Assembly (NCBI GenBank): GCA_035696685.1
Contig: DASSEC010000123.1
Span: 1-28,348 of the forward strand
DNA from: Candidatus Limnocylindria bacterium
GTDB lineage: Bacteria > Chloroflexota > Limnocylindria > QHBO01
Direction of reading: 5' to 3'
DNA: 28,348 nucleotides
Notes under the pieces: generated by a model
The model's input: only the letters and a program-made list of their open reading frames with translations
Told to the model about the DNA's origin: nothing
Database searches by the model: none
Shown here: piece by piece, positions 15,856 through 24,676 of the stretch
Layout: each line of letters starts with the position of its first letter
Position numbering within the stretch: the first letter of the stretch is position 1
Translations under genes and position numbers: made by a program

Positions 15856-16776
15856 ATGCAGGCACCAGCACGCCGATGGGCCCCCGCCCTCGGCCTCCTC
15901 ACCGTCCTGTTGACCATCGCCCTGCTGGCCGCTGCCTGCGCCACGGCTTCGGCCCCGGCCGCCGGCGCCGGCGGCGAAGATGCGGGCCAGCCGGTTCCCG
16001 CGGAGGAACCCGGCAAGGGCCAGCTCGATGGCGGAACCGGCCAGGGCGGCAGCGTTCCATTCGCCGATCTGGCGGAGCGCAAGATCGTGAAGACCGGCGA
16101 GCTTACCCTCGAGGTGCCAGCCGTCGGGACGGCCGTAGGCGAGCTGCGGGCGATGGCGCTCTCCCTGGGTGGCTACGTCTCCGACTCGCGCACCGGTGGC
16201 GAGCACGAGTCCGCGACCGTGACGCTGCGCGTGCCCGCCGAACGCTTTGACGCGGCGCTGGAGCGGCTGCATGGCATGGACGGCGAGGTCAAGGTGGAAG
16301 CCACGAAGGACGAGGACGTGACCTCCTCCGTGGTGGACCTGGATGCTCGCATTCGCAACCTGCAGGCGTCCGAGGAGCAGTACCGCGTCCTGGTCGGGCG
16401 CGCCGAGAAGATCGCCGACGTCCTGGCGGTGCAGTCACGCCTCGACGAGGTGCGTGGCCAGATCGAGCAGCTGACCGCGCAGCTCAAGCAGCTGAACGGC
16501 CTCGCGGCCCTGTCGACCATCACCGTGACCCTGGTTCCGAACAGCACGCCGGTCCAGGACGCGGCGGAGGCATGGGATCCGGGCGCGACGTTCGGCAGCG
16601 CGGCGGCGGCCCTGGTTTCGGCCGGCCAGACGCTGGCCGATGCCGGCATCTGGCTGCTGATCGTCGGGCTGCCGATCCTGGTGGTGGTGGCCATCGTCCT
16701 GTGGCTGGCCCTGCGGCTGAGGCCGCTGGCTCGCCGGATGGCAACCCCGCCGTCCGCGCCGGTCTCCGAGGAGTAG
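15856..16776 (+). CDS. DUF4349-like lipoprotein with C-terminal TM helix
   Basis: SD AGGAGGT 6 nt before ATG 15856, lipobox LAA-C, motifs RKIVKTGELTLEV, TVTLRVPAERFD, DVTSSVVDLDARI and STITV, with a coiled coil. Confidence 0.85.
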   Translation: MQAPARRWAPALGLLTVLLTIALLAAACATASAPAAGAGGEDAGQPVPAEEPGKGQLDGGTGQGGSVPFADLAERKIVKTGELTLEVPAVGTAVGELRAMALSLGGYVSDSRTGGEHESATVTLRVPAERFDAALERLHGMDGEVKVEATKDEDVTSSVVDLDARIRNLQASEEQYRVLVGRAEKIADVLAVQSRLDEVRGQIEQLTAQLKQLNGLAALSTITVTLVPNSTPVQDAAEAWDPGATFGSAAAALVSAGQTLADAGIWLLIVGLPILVVVAIVLWLALRLRPLARRMATPPSAPVSEE

Positions 16777-16829
16777 GAGCGCGCCGGAGGCCGCCATCGG
16801 CCAATGACCATGCGATAGACTGCCCGCGT

Positions 16830-16861
16830 CCTTTAAGCCCGGCCCGGTGAGGCCGGAAAGG
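16830..16861 (+). promoter_or_regulatory. PyrR-binding RNA hairpin overlapping the carA Shine-Dalgarno
   Basis: CCTTT-AAGC-CCGGCC-CGGTGA-GGCCGG-AAAGG gives a lower stem CCUUU/AAAGG, a purine bulge and a CNGNGA hexaloop, as in PyrR-binding loops. The -10 TAGACT is at 16816-16821. Confidence 0.8.
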
Positions 16862-16867
16862 AGCAGC

Positions 16868-18052
16868 GTGCAGACCCTGAGCCGAACCGACACGACGCCA
16901 TCCGCCTCCGCGCGGACGGCGTCTCTTTTTGCTCCCGGCCTGCTGGCGCTCGAAGGGGGCATGGTCCTGCGCGGGAGGCTGCGCGGCGCACCACTGCCCG
17001 CGCAGGGGGATCTCATCTTCACCACGGCCGCGACGGGCTGGGGAGAGATCCTCACCGATCCCTCCTACGAGGGCCAGATCGTGGTGCTCACCCACCCGAT
17101 GGCGGGCAATTATCGGATCGACCCGTCCGAGCTGGAGTCGGGCCGGGTCCATGCCCGCGGCCTGGTGGTCACGCGGCTGATGACACCGCCCGGCGGGCAG
17201 GGCCTGGCCCTGGAGCAGCTGCTCACAGAGGCGGGCATCCCCGCGCTGGAGGGCATCGACACGCGGGCCGTCACGCTCGCGCTTCGTCGGGGAGCCGCAC
17301 GGCGCGCCATCATCCGCCCCGTTGACGGCGGTGGCGCCGACGCCGCGGCCGACGTTGACACCTTCGCCGTCGCAGCAGCAGCGAGCAGCCCCGCCTGGGA
17401 GAGCGTGGACCACGTCGCCGCGGTGTCCAGCCGCGACCCGTACGAGGTCGCGCCCGCAGGCACGCTGCGCGGGCGGGCCGTGCTCGTCGACTACGGCGTG
17501 AAGCGCTCCCTCCTCCGGGCGCTGGCCAGCCGCGGGCTCGCCATCAGCGTGCTCCCGCACGACGCCTCGGCAGCCGACGTGCTGTCCCGCGCCCCCGACC
17601 TGGTGGTCCTGTCCCCTGGTCCCGGCGACCCGGCGCGCATGACCGCGCAGATCGCCGCGGTGGGCGCGCTGGCCGCGGCGGCAGGGGCCGACGGCCCGCC
17701 ACTGCTGGGCATCTGTCTCGGCCATCAGCTCCTGGCGCTGGCAGCCGGGGCGCCGACCCGCCGCCTGGCCGTCGGACATCACGGCGGCAACCACGCCGTG
17801 ATCGACACCGCCTCGGGGCGCGTGGACATCGGGGCGCACAACCACGAGGTCGCCGTGCTGGATGTCCCCGCCCTGGCCGCCGCGGGCTACCGGGTCAGCC
17901 ACCGTGACCTGAACGACGGCACGGTCGAGGGCTTGGTCCATGTCTCGGGGAAGATCGCGTCGGTCCAGTTTCACCCCGAGGGGGCGCCCGGGCCCATCGA
18001 CGCCGAGCGGGTATTCGATCTGGCCGTGGCCGGCATGACGGGCAAGGCTTGA
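16868..18052 (+). CDS. carA: Carbamoyl-phosphate synthase small (glutaminase) subunit
   Basis: Motifs ILTDPSYEGQIVV, IEGIDTRA-type (LEGIDTRAV), DYGVK, LSPGPGDP, catalytic LGICLGHQ and VQFHPE. Start placed at GTG 16868 after AAGGAG. Confidence 0.92.
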   Translation: MQTLSRTDTTPSASARTASLFAPGLLALEGGMVLRGRLRGAPLPAQGDLIFTTAATGWGEILTDPSYEGQIVVLTHPMAGNYRIDPSELESGRVHARGLVVTRLMTPPGGQGLALEQLLTEAGIPALEGIDTRAVTLALRRGAARRAIIRPVDGGGADAAADVDTFAVAAAASSPAWESVDHVAAVSSRDPYEVAPAGTLRGRAVLVDYGVKRSLLRALASRGLAISVLPHDASAADVLSRAPDLVVLSPGPGDPARMTAQIAAVGALAAAAGADGPPLLGICLGHQLLALAAGAPTRRLAVGHHGGNHAVIDTASGRVDIGAHNHEVAVLDVPALAAAGYRVSHRDLNDGTVEGLVHVSGKIASVQFHPEGAPGPIDAERVFDLAVAGMTGKA

Positions 18053-20928
18053 TCGCGCCGCGCGCCAGGGCCATGCCCGCGCCGCGACGAGTCCTGGTCA
18101 TCGGGTCGGGACCGATCGTCATCGGGCAGGCGGCCGAGTTCGACTATGCGGGCGTGCAGGCCTGCCTGGCGCTGCGCGCCGAGGGCGTGGACACCATTCT
18201 GGTGAACTCGAATCCCGCCACTGTCATGACCGATCCCGATGTTGGCGGAACGGTCCTTATCGGTCCCTTATCGGTCGCTTACCTGGAAGGCGTGATCGCC
18301 GAGCACCGGCCGGATGCGCTGCTGCCGACGCTCGGTGGGCAGACAGGGCTGAACCTGGCGGTCGCGCTGGATGACGCCGGCATCCTGCAGCGGTACGGCG
18401 TGCGCGTGCTCGGCACCCCGCTGGCCGCCGTCCGCGCGGCCGAGGATCGGGGCGGCTTCCGTTCGCTGGTGACCGGCATCGGCGAGCCCGTGCCGGAGAG
18501 CGCGGTGGTCGAGTCGCTGGAGGACGGCCTGGCCTTCGTCCGTCACCTCAACGCGCCGATCGTCGTGCGGCCCGCCTTCACGCTCGGCGGTGGCGGCGGC
18601 GGGTTCGCCATGGACGAGGCCGATGCGCGCGTGCGCATTGCCCACGGGCTAGCCGCCAGCCCGATCCACCAGGTGCTGGTCGAGCGCAGCCTGCTGGGCT
18701 GGTACGAGATCGAGTTCGAGGTCATCCGCGACAGCGCCGACACGACCATCGCCATCTGCGGCATGGAGAACCTGGACCCGATGGGTGTCCATACCGGCGA
18801 CTCCATCGTGGTCGCGCCGATCCAGACCCTGCCCGACCCCGTCGTCCAGCGGCTGCGCCGCTGCGCGTTGAAGATCGTGCGCGCGCTGCGGCAGGAAGGG
18901 GGCTGCAATGTGCAGCTTGCCGTCTCGCCCGATGGGGCCGACTACCGGGTGATCGAGGTCAACCCGCGCGTCAGCCGCTCGAGTGCGCTCGCGTCCAAGG
19001 CGACCGGCTATCCCATCGCCCGCGTCGCCGCGCTGGTCGGGCTCGGCAAGCGGTTGGACGAGCTGCCGAACCCGGCCACGGGCATCGGCTCGGCTGCCTT
19101 CGAGCCGGCCGTGGACTACGTGGTGGTCAAGCTGCCGCGCTGGCCGTTCGACAAGTTCCCGAGTGCCGACCGCAGCCTGGGAATCCAGATGAAGGCCACC
19201 GGGGAGGCCATGGCGATCGACCGTGAGTTCGGATCGGCGCTGCTGAAGGCCATCCGCTCGCTTGAGCCGCGCGGGCGCGGCTGGACCTGGGAGGACCCGG
19301 CCTGGAACCTGACCTACCGACAACCGGACGATCTGCCGGCGTTTCTGGCACCGTCAGACACCCGCCTCTGGCGGATGATCGGCCTGCTGCGGCGTGGTTG
19401 GGCCGATGCAGCCCGGGTGTCGGCCGTCACCGGCATCGCACCCTGGTTCACCGAGCGGCTGGCGGAGCTGGTGGCCGCGGAGCGCCGGGTGGTGGGTGCC
19501 CCGCTGGCCGATGCCAAGCAGGTGGGCTTCGGCGATGCGGACATCGGCATCCTGTCCGGCGTGCCGGCCGTGGCCGTGCGTCGGGCGCGGGCGAGGGCAG
19601 GCATAGCCCCGGCCTATCGCCGGGTCGACACGTGCGCCGGCGAGTTCCCGGCAGAGACCCCCTACTTCTACAGCTCGTACGCCACCGGCGAGGTGCCCCC
19701 GCCGACCGATCGGCGCAGCGTGATCGTGGTCGGCTCTGGCCCCATCCGGATCGGGCAGGGGATCGAGTTCGACTACTGCAGCGTGCGCGCCGCCTGGGCC
19801 ATCCGTGACCTCGGCCTCGACGCGGTGGTCATCAACAACAACCCGGAGACGGTGTCCACGGATTACGACGCCTGCTCGCGGCTGTACTTCGAGCCGCTGG
19901 ACACCGAGGGCGTGCTCGACGTCATCGACCACGAGCGCGCCCTGACCGGCGAGCCGCCCCACGTCGTGCTGACCTTTGGCGGGCAGACGGCCATCGACCT
20001 GGCGAAGGACCTGGCCTATGCCGATGTGCCGATCGCCGGGCTCACCGCCGAGGCCATCGAGACGACCGAGGACCGTGAGCGGTTCGCGCAGCTGCTCGAC
20101 GAGCTGGGCCTGTCCGGGCCACGCGGCCAGCTGGCCGAGGACGAGCCCGGGTTGCGCCGCGCGATCGAGGAGCTGGGCCTGCCCGCGATCGTGCGTCCGT
20201 CCTGGGTGATCGGCGGTCGGGGGATCGCCGTGCTTCGGGGCACGGGTGACGTTGACGTGCTGCTTGCTACCGAGATCGGCTGGCCGTTGCGCGTCGACGA
20301 GCTGGTAACTGGCGTGGAGCTGGACGTGGATGCCATCAGCGACGGGACCGCGTGGTGCGTTCCCGGCATCCTGGAACAGCTGGATCCTCCGGGCATCCAC
20401 TCGGGCGATTCGGTGGCGGTTGTGCCGCCGCAGGGCCTCAGCCGCGCACAGCAGGAAGCGGCGGCCGAGGCCGCGGGACGGATCGCGCTCGCCCTGGGAC
20501 TACGTGGGATCCTGAACGTGCAGATGATCGTGGCCGGCGACCGAGTGGTCGTCATCGAGGCCAATCCGCGGGCCAGCCGCACCGTCCCGATCGTGGCCAA
20601 GGCCACCGGCCGCGACGTGGTGGCCGACGCCGTCCGTTGCGCCCTCGGCGCCACGCTGGCCGAGGTTGGACTGGCGCCCGGGTTGGCCGACGACGCCCCG
20701 CTGGTCGCGGTCAAGGCTCCCATCGGGTCGCTGTGGCGCCTGCCGGGTGTCGACGTATCGTTGGGACCCGAAATGCGCTCCACCGGCGAAGTCCTGGGCC
20801 TGGCGCCTTCGTATGCGTTGGCGCTCGAGGCGGCCCGGCAGGCCGAGGCCGCGCACCTGGCGCCCGGCACCGCACCCAGCATTCCGGCGGCCGGCGCCGC
20901 AGCTGCTGTTTCCGCGGGACAAGGTTAG
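18049..20928 (+). CDS. carB: Carbamoyl-phosphate synthase large subunit lacking the C-terminal MGS domain
   Basis: Two ATP-grasp halves (GSGPIVIGQAAEFDY...IEVNPRVSRSS and GSGPIRIGQGIEFDY...IEANPRASRT), then EMRSTGEV and only ~44 aa before the stop. TTGA overlap with carA; ATG 18073 is an alternative start. Confidence 0.92.
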   Translation: MIAPRARAMPAPRRVLVIGSGPIVIGQAAEFDYAGVQACLALRAEGVDTILVNSNPATVMTDPDVGGTVLIGPLSVAYLEGVIAEHRPDALLPTLGGQTGLNLAVALDDAGILQRYGVRVLGTPLAAVRAAEDRGGFRSLVTGIGEPVPESAVVESLEDGLAFVRHLNAPIVVRPAFTLGGGGGGFAMDEADARVRIAHGLAASPIHQVLVERSLLGWYEIEFEVIRDSADTTIAICGMENLDPMGVHTGDSIVVAPIQTLPDPVVQRLRRCALKIVRALRQEGGCNVQLAVSPDGADYRVIEVNPRVSRSSALASKATGYPIARVAALVGLGKRLDELPNPATGIGSAAFEPAVDYVVVKLPRWPFDKFPSADRSLGIQMKATGEAMAIDREFGSALLKAIRSLEPRGRGWTWEDPAWNLTYRQPDDLPAFLAPSDTRLWRMIGLLRRGWADAARVSAVTGIAPWFTERLAELVAAERRVVGAPLADAKQVGFGDADIGILSGVPAVAVRRARARAGIAPAYRRVDTCAGEFPAETPYFYSSYATGEVPPPTDRRSVIVVGSGPIRIGQGIEFDYCSVRAAWAIRDLGLDAVVINNNPETVSTDYDACSRLYFEPLDTEGVLDVIDHERALTGEPPHVVLTFGGQTAIDLAKDLAYADVPIAGLTAEAIETTEDRERFAQLLDELGLSGPRGQLAEDEPGLRRAIEELGLPAIVRPSWVIGGRGIAVLRGTGDVDVLLATEIGWPLRVDELVTGVELDVDAISDGTAWCVPGILEQLDPPGIHSGDSVAVVPPQGLSRAQQEAAAEAAGRIALALGLRGILNVQMIVAGDRVVVIEANPRASRTVPIVAKATGRDVVADAVRCALGATLAEVGLAPGLADDAPLVAVKAPIGSLWRLPGVDVSLGPEMRSTGEVLGLAPSYALALEAARQAEAAHLAPGTAPSIPAAGAAAAVSAGQG

Positions 20929-20977
20929 GGGGCTGTCGCGGCTCCGGTACGGAGGGTCCCGAACCGCGACAGCCCCC
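20928..20977. terminator. Perfect 14-bp GC hairpin between carB and a convergent unit, probably a bidirectional terminator
   Basis: GGGGGCTGTCGCGG (20928-20941) pairs with CCGCGACAGCCCCC (20964-20977). No U-tract on either side. Confidence 0.5.
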
Positions 20978-20983
20978 AGATCA

Positions 20984-21111
20984 GACGTCGGGCGAGCTCA
21001 TCGCCACGACCGACGGGATGGACCTTCAATGTCACCGCCGGCCCGAGCTTCCATTGGCGACGGTCCAGATCCCGTAGGTGCCGGTCGGACGGAACACCGC
21101 CCGCCGACGTC
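20984..21111 (-). ncRNA. Candidate rod-shaped structured RNA, 6S-like, about 128 nt
   Basis: Nested long-range complementary blocks (listed in the finding). A G-U pair on the minus strand, versus A-C on plus, favours minus. Fills a gene-free gap. The 6S identity is an inference. Confidence 0.45.
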
Positions 21112-21181
21112 CTCAGCGGGCTGGTATCAGCAAGAACCGTGCCGGAATCGGGCTGGAGTCAGGCGCATCGCGTCGGGGTGC

Positions 21182-21838
21182 TCAGCGCCGCCGCTGGCGG
21201 GTTCCGGTGGTGCGTTGCGCCGCCAGCCGGCGACGGAAGTAGCCCGCGTACCAGCCCATCAGCGCGGCGTACAGCAGGCTGAGCTGCGCGATCGCGGCCA
21301 CGATCGAATAGCCGAACCACTGCAGGGCGGTGCCGTTCTGGATGTTGCCCGGCACCAGCGCCATGAAGATCCCCTGGATGACGCTGCCAACCAGGGCGGT
21401 GACCAGGCCGAACAGCCACGGCTTCTGCCAGCCGATCCAGCCGGCCGCCAACGCAGCGAGCACCCCGGCCATCTGGAAGATCAATCGGGGCAGGGCAATC
21501 GGCGTGATCAGGGTGAGCATCTGGGCCGCGGCCCAGGGGATGGCCGGCAGCAGCCAGGCGCGCGGGTTGTTGGCAAGCAGGTACAGCCACGCGACCTGGT
21601 TGTGCAGCGGACCGTCGTACGTGAAGCCCGCCAGCGGGTCCGGCCTGTCCGGCAGTGGCGGTGCGGGCGGGAAGATCGAGCTCAGCAGGCCGGGGCGCTG
21701 CTGCTTGACCGGCCGATCATCTGCGCCGGCGGTCTCCGCGGAACCATCCTCAACGAGCTCGTCGCCGCGCTCGAGCTGGCGGCTACGGCGGCGGGCGTTG
21801 GCGCGGGACACGGCATCACGGCGAGTGGTCTTGGGCAT
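21182..21838 (-). CDS. Hypothetical integral membrane protein with basic/Pro-rich N-terminus
   Basis: Four to five hydrophobic segments and Arg-rich ends. TACAAT lies 9 nt before ATG 21838. Family not recognised. Confidence 0.7.
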   Translation of the reverse strand: MPKTTRRDAVSRANARRRSRQLERGDELVEDGSAETAGADDRPVKQQRPGLLSSIFPPAPPLPDRPDPLAGFTYDGPLHNQVAWLYLLANNPRAWLLPAIPWAAAQMLTLITPIALPRLIFQMAGVLAALAAGWIGWQKPWLFGLVTALVGSVIQGIFMALVPGNIQNGTALQWFGYSIVAAIAQLSLLYAALMGWYAGYFRRRLAAQRTTGTRQRRR

Positions 21839-21878
21839 GGCCGGCGGATTGTACGCGACCCAGTGGATGGTGGCCCTT

Positions 21879-21911
21879 GGACGATAACCGCCCGATAAGC
21901 GTGTCGTAAGC
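21879..21911 (+). promoter_or_regulatory. Three 11-bp-period direct repeats, candidate OmpR/PhoB-family operator
   Basis: GGACGATAACC / GCCCGATAAGC / GTGTCGTAAGC, with TAA ending at 21887, 21898 and 21909, in a divergent promoter region. Confidence 0.45.
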
Positions 21912-21976
21912 GGCCACCTGCCAGTCTCGGCGCCTCGCTCGACGTCCGCCTGTCGCCTCCAAACCGGAGGTGCTCA

Positions 21977-24676
21977 GTGATCTCGCATCGTCCCCGGCCC
22001 CGACGGCGGGCTGCCAGCGGCCGGACCCTCATTGCGCTGGCTGCCAGCGCCCTCATCCTTCTCGCGGCGCTGCCCACGGCCCTGGCGTTCCACGACGCGA
22101 CCGCCGCCGGCCCGCTGGCCGACGAGCTGGCGGCCAGCAGCGCAGGGATTGCCCACTTGGTCGTCAGCGAGGTGATGACGGGCGGGACCAGCGCCTCGGA
22201 CGAGTTCATCGAGATCTACAACCCGACGTCACAGGTGTTGCCGCTCGAAGGGCTTGAGGTTGTCTACGTCACGGCAACGGGCAGCACCATCACTCGAAAA
22301 GCGTCTTGGCCGGCGGGCAGCGCGGGCCTGTCGGCGGGCGCGCATGTGCTGATCGTGAACAGCGCCGGGGTCTACAGCGCCAGCGGCGACCAGACCTACA
22401 CCGGCGGCTTGGCGTCCACAGGCGGCAGCGTGGCAATCCGCATCCTTGGAGCAGCCACGGCGGTCGACTCCGTCGGCTGGGGTAATGCCACCAGCACGTG
22501 GCTCGAGGGGATGCCCGCAGCGGCCGTGGCGTCAGGCCACTCGATCGAGCGCCTGCCGGGCGGCGCTGCCGGATCGGGACAGGACACGGACGCGAACAGC
22601 CTGGACTTCACTGACCGGGCGCTGCCTGATCCGCAGAACTCACTCTCGAGCCCGATCCCGCAGCCGACGCCGACGGAGACGCCCACCGCTGACGGATCTG
22701 CGACTCCAACCGCGACAACCACCCCGTCCGACACGACTCCCGCGACCGCCTCGCCGACCGACACCCCGAGCTCGACGCCGACCGTCGGGTCGCAGAGCCC
22801 GACGCCCAGCGCCATTCCGACGGCGACGCCATCCCCGCTGACGTCTGCCACGCTGGCCCCCAGCTCGACGCCGACCCTCGCGCCCACGCCCTCGCCCACG
22901 CCGGCTCCGGTGCTGAGCATCGCCCAGGCTCGAGCCCTGCCCGACGGATCGGTCGCGACCATCGAGGGGTTGGCGCTGACCGACAGCGGCTTTGCCGATG
23001 GCGGTGGCTACATCGTCGACGAGACGGCCGGCATCGCCGTGCTGCTCAGCGACGGTGCGTTCGAGCGCGGCGCCCTGCTGCGGGTCACCGGCCTGCTCGA
23101 TGACCGCTTCAGCCAGCGAACGCTCCGCGCCGATGCGTCCGGCCTGGCGGTCCTGGGCACCGCCCAGGAGCCGGGGGCTCAGGAGCGCACGACCGGGATG
23201 GTCCACGAGGCGGACGAGGGGGAGCTCGTGGCGATCAGCGGAACCCTGACCAGCAGCGCGACGCAGCTCACCTCGACCGTCGCGTTCGATGTCGACGACG
23301 GCAGCGGACCGATCCGGGTGCTGGTTGGCATCGGTTCGGGGATCGATCTTGGTCCGTGGACGCGCGGCAGCCAGCTTCACGTTCGCGGCGTCATCGGCCA
23401 GCGCGACTCGTCGGGGACCGGCGACGCCGGGTACCGCCTGCAGCCACGCGATTCGGTAGACGTCCTGGCCGTCGCAGGCCCGACGCCCAGCCCCACACCG
23501 TCCGCCACCCCGACGCCATCGGCCACGCCAGGCCCATCGCCGAGCACGAACCCCGACGTCATCAGCATCTCGGCAGCTCGGGCGAAGCCGTTCAACAGTC
23601 GGGTCACCGTGCGCGGCGTGGTGACGCTGCCGTCCGGCCTGGCCGAGGAGGGAACGGCCGCCATCCAGGACGAGACCGGCGCCATCGTGCTGCGCCTGGG
23701 CGATGAGGCGGGGAGACTGCGCCTCGGCGAGCTGGTCGAGGTGGCCGGAACGCGCTCAACCAAGGCGGGCATGGAGACACTTCGCGTCGTCGCGGCACCG
23801 CGCCGCCTCGGGACGCAGTCGCAACCGGATCCGAGGCACCGGGCAACGGGGGCCGTCGGGGAGACCGACGAGGCGATGCTCATCTCCGTCACCGGCGGTG
23901 TCAGCACCACGCCGCGCCGCACCAGCGCAGACAACGTCTACTTCGATGTCGACGATGGCTCGGGGCCGGTGCGCGTGTTCGTCTCGCCCGGAGCCGATGC
24001 CGACACTGAGCTCCTGCTGTCCGGCACACAGGTGGAGGTCGTTGGCGTGCTCGGCCAGGAGACGACGGGACGGCTGCCGGATCGCGGCTATCGCCTCTGG
24101 CCACGGCGCGCCCAGGACCTGCGCATCGTCGCTCAACCGCCTGGGGTGACCGGCGGGACCGGTGGCGGCACCTCGACAGGCAACCCGCACGACTCGCCGG
24201 GATCCGGCAGCGGGGCAGGCCCCGTCAGCGTCCCGGGAAGCGCTACCGGGGAGAGCGTGGACCTCCCGCAGCAGGCACGACCGCGCCTGGTGCTCGGTGT
24301 GGCCGCATCAGCGGCGCCGGCTGCCGCCGGTCGCGCCGGGGCTGAGCCGTCGATGACGCCGAGCGAGCCGGACACCGGCCCCCAACCACTGGCTGCGGGA
24401 CTGCTGCTGCTCGGCGGGCTGCTGCTCACGGGATCGGCCGCAGCCACGTGCGATCCAGGGCTGCCAGGCCGCCTTCGGGCGTGGCTGCGCGCCAGGTTCG
24501 AGGCGGGGAGTGGTCCCGACTCGGCTGACGAGGGAGCGTTCGCGGACGAGAGGCGCACGGCCGTTGGCCTGCCACGCCTGGTGCCGCTGCCGGTTGCCGA
24601 GGTGGGCGAAGCGGCGCCACCACGCGCCGCACGCTCAATCCACGAGGAGCGCGAGCGTATACTCCCGCCGACCTGA
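21977..24676 (+). CDS. Secreted, membrane-anchored lamin-tail-domain protein with four OB-fold-like repeats and Pro/Thr linkers
   Basis: SD GGAGGT, signal peptide, LTD motif LVVSEV...DEFIEIYNPT, two PT-rich linkers each followed by an OB pair (SIAQARA..DGSVATIEG and SISAARA..NSRVTVRG; FDVDDGSGPIRV and FDVDDGSGPVRV), and a C-terminal TM. Confidence 0.8.
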   Translation: MISHRPRPRRRAASGRTLIALAASALILLAALPTALAFHDATAAGPLADELAASSAGIAHLVVSEVMTGGTSASDEFIEIYNPTSQVLPLEGLEVVYVTATGSTITRKASWPAGSAGLSAGAHVLIVNSAGVYSASGDQTYTGGLASTGGSVAIRILGAATAVDSVGWGNATSTWLEGMPAAAVASGHSIERLPGGAAGSGQDTDANSLDFTDRALPDPQNSLSSPIPQPTPTETPTADGSATPTATTTPSDTTPATASPTDTPSSTPTVGSQSPTPSAIPTATPSPLTSATLAPSSTPTLAPTPSPTPAPVLSIAQARALPDGSVATIEGLALTDSGFADGGGYIVDETAGIAVLLSDGAFERGALLRVTGLLDDRFSQRTLRADASGLAVLGTAQEPGAQERTTGMVHEADEGELVAISGTLTSSATQLTSTVAFDVDDGSGPIRVLVGIGSGIDLGPWTRGSQLHVRGVIGQRDSSGTGDAGYRLQPRDSVDVLAVAGPTPSPTPSATPTPSATPGPSPSTNPDVISISAARAKPFNSRVTVRGVVTLPSGLAEEGTAAIQDETGAIVLRLGDEAGRLRLGELVEVAGTRSTKAGMETLRVVAAPRRLGTQSQPDPRHRATGAVGETDEAMLISVTGGVSTTPRRTSADNVYFDVDDGSGPVRVFVSPGADADTELLLSGTQVEVVGVLGQETTGRLPDRGYRLWPRRAQDLRIVAQPPGVTGGTGGGTSTGNPHDSPGSGSGAGPVSVPGSATGESVDLPQQARPRLVLGVAASAAPAAAGRAGAEPSMTPSEPDTGPQPLAAGLLLLGGLLLTGSAAATCDPGLPGRLRAWLRARFEAGSGPDSADEGAFADERRTAVGLPRLVPLPVAEVGEAAPPRAARSIHEERERILPPT

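Noticed and set aside
16847-16867. ORF-track start of carA at 16847
   Set aside because: It lies inside the PyrR hairpin loop with no SD, whereas GTG 16868 follows AAGGAG.
20928-21111. tmRNA, SRP RNA or RNase P RNA
   Set aside because: It lacks the tRNA-like ends and tag ORF of tmRNA, the SRP helix-8 CAGG...GGAAG..AGCAG motif, and the length and conserved P4 of RNase P RNA.
22650-23560. Repetitive ccgacg/acgccc DNA as a repeat array or CRISPR
   Set aside because: It encodes Pro/Thr/Ser linkers in frame, with no fixed repeat-spacer period.
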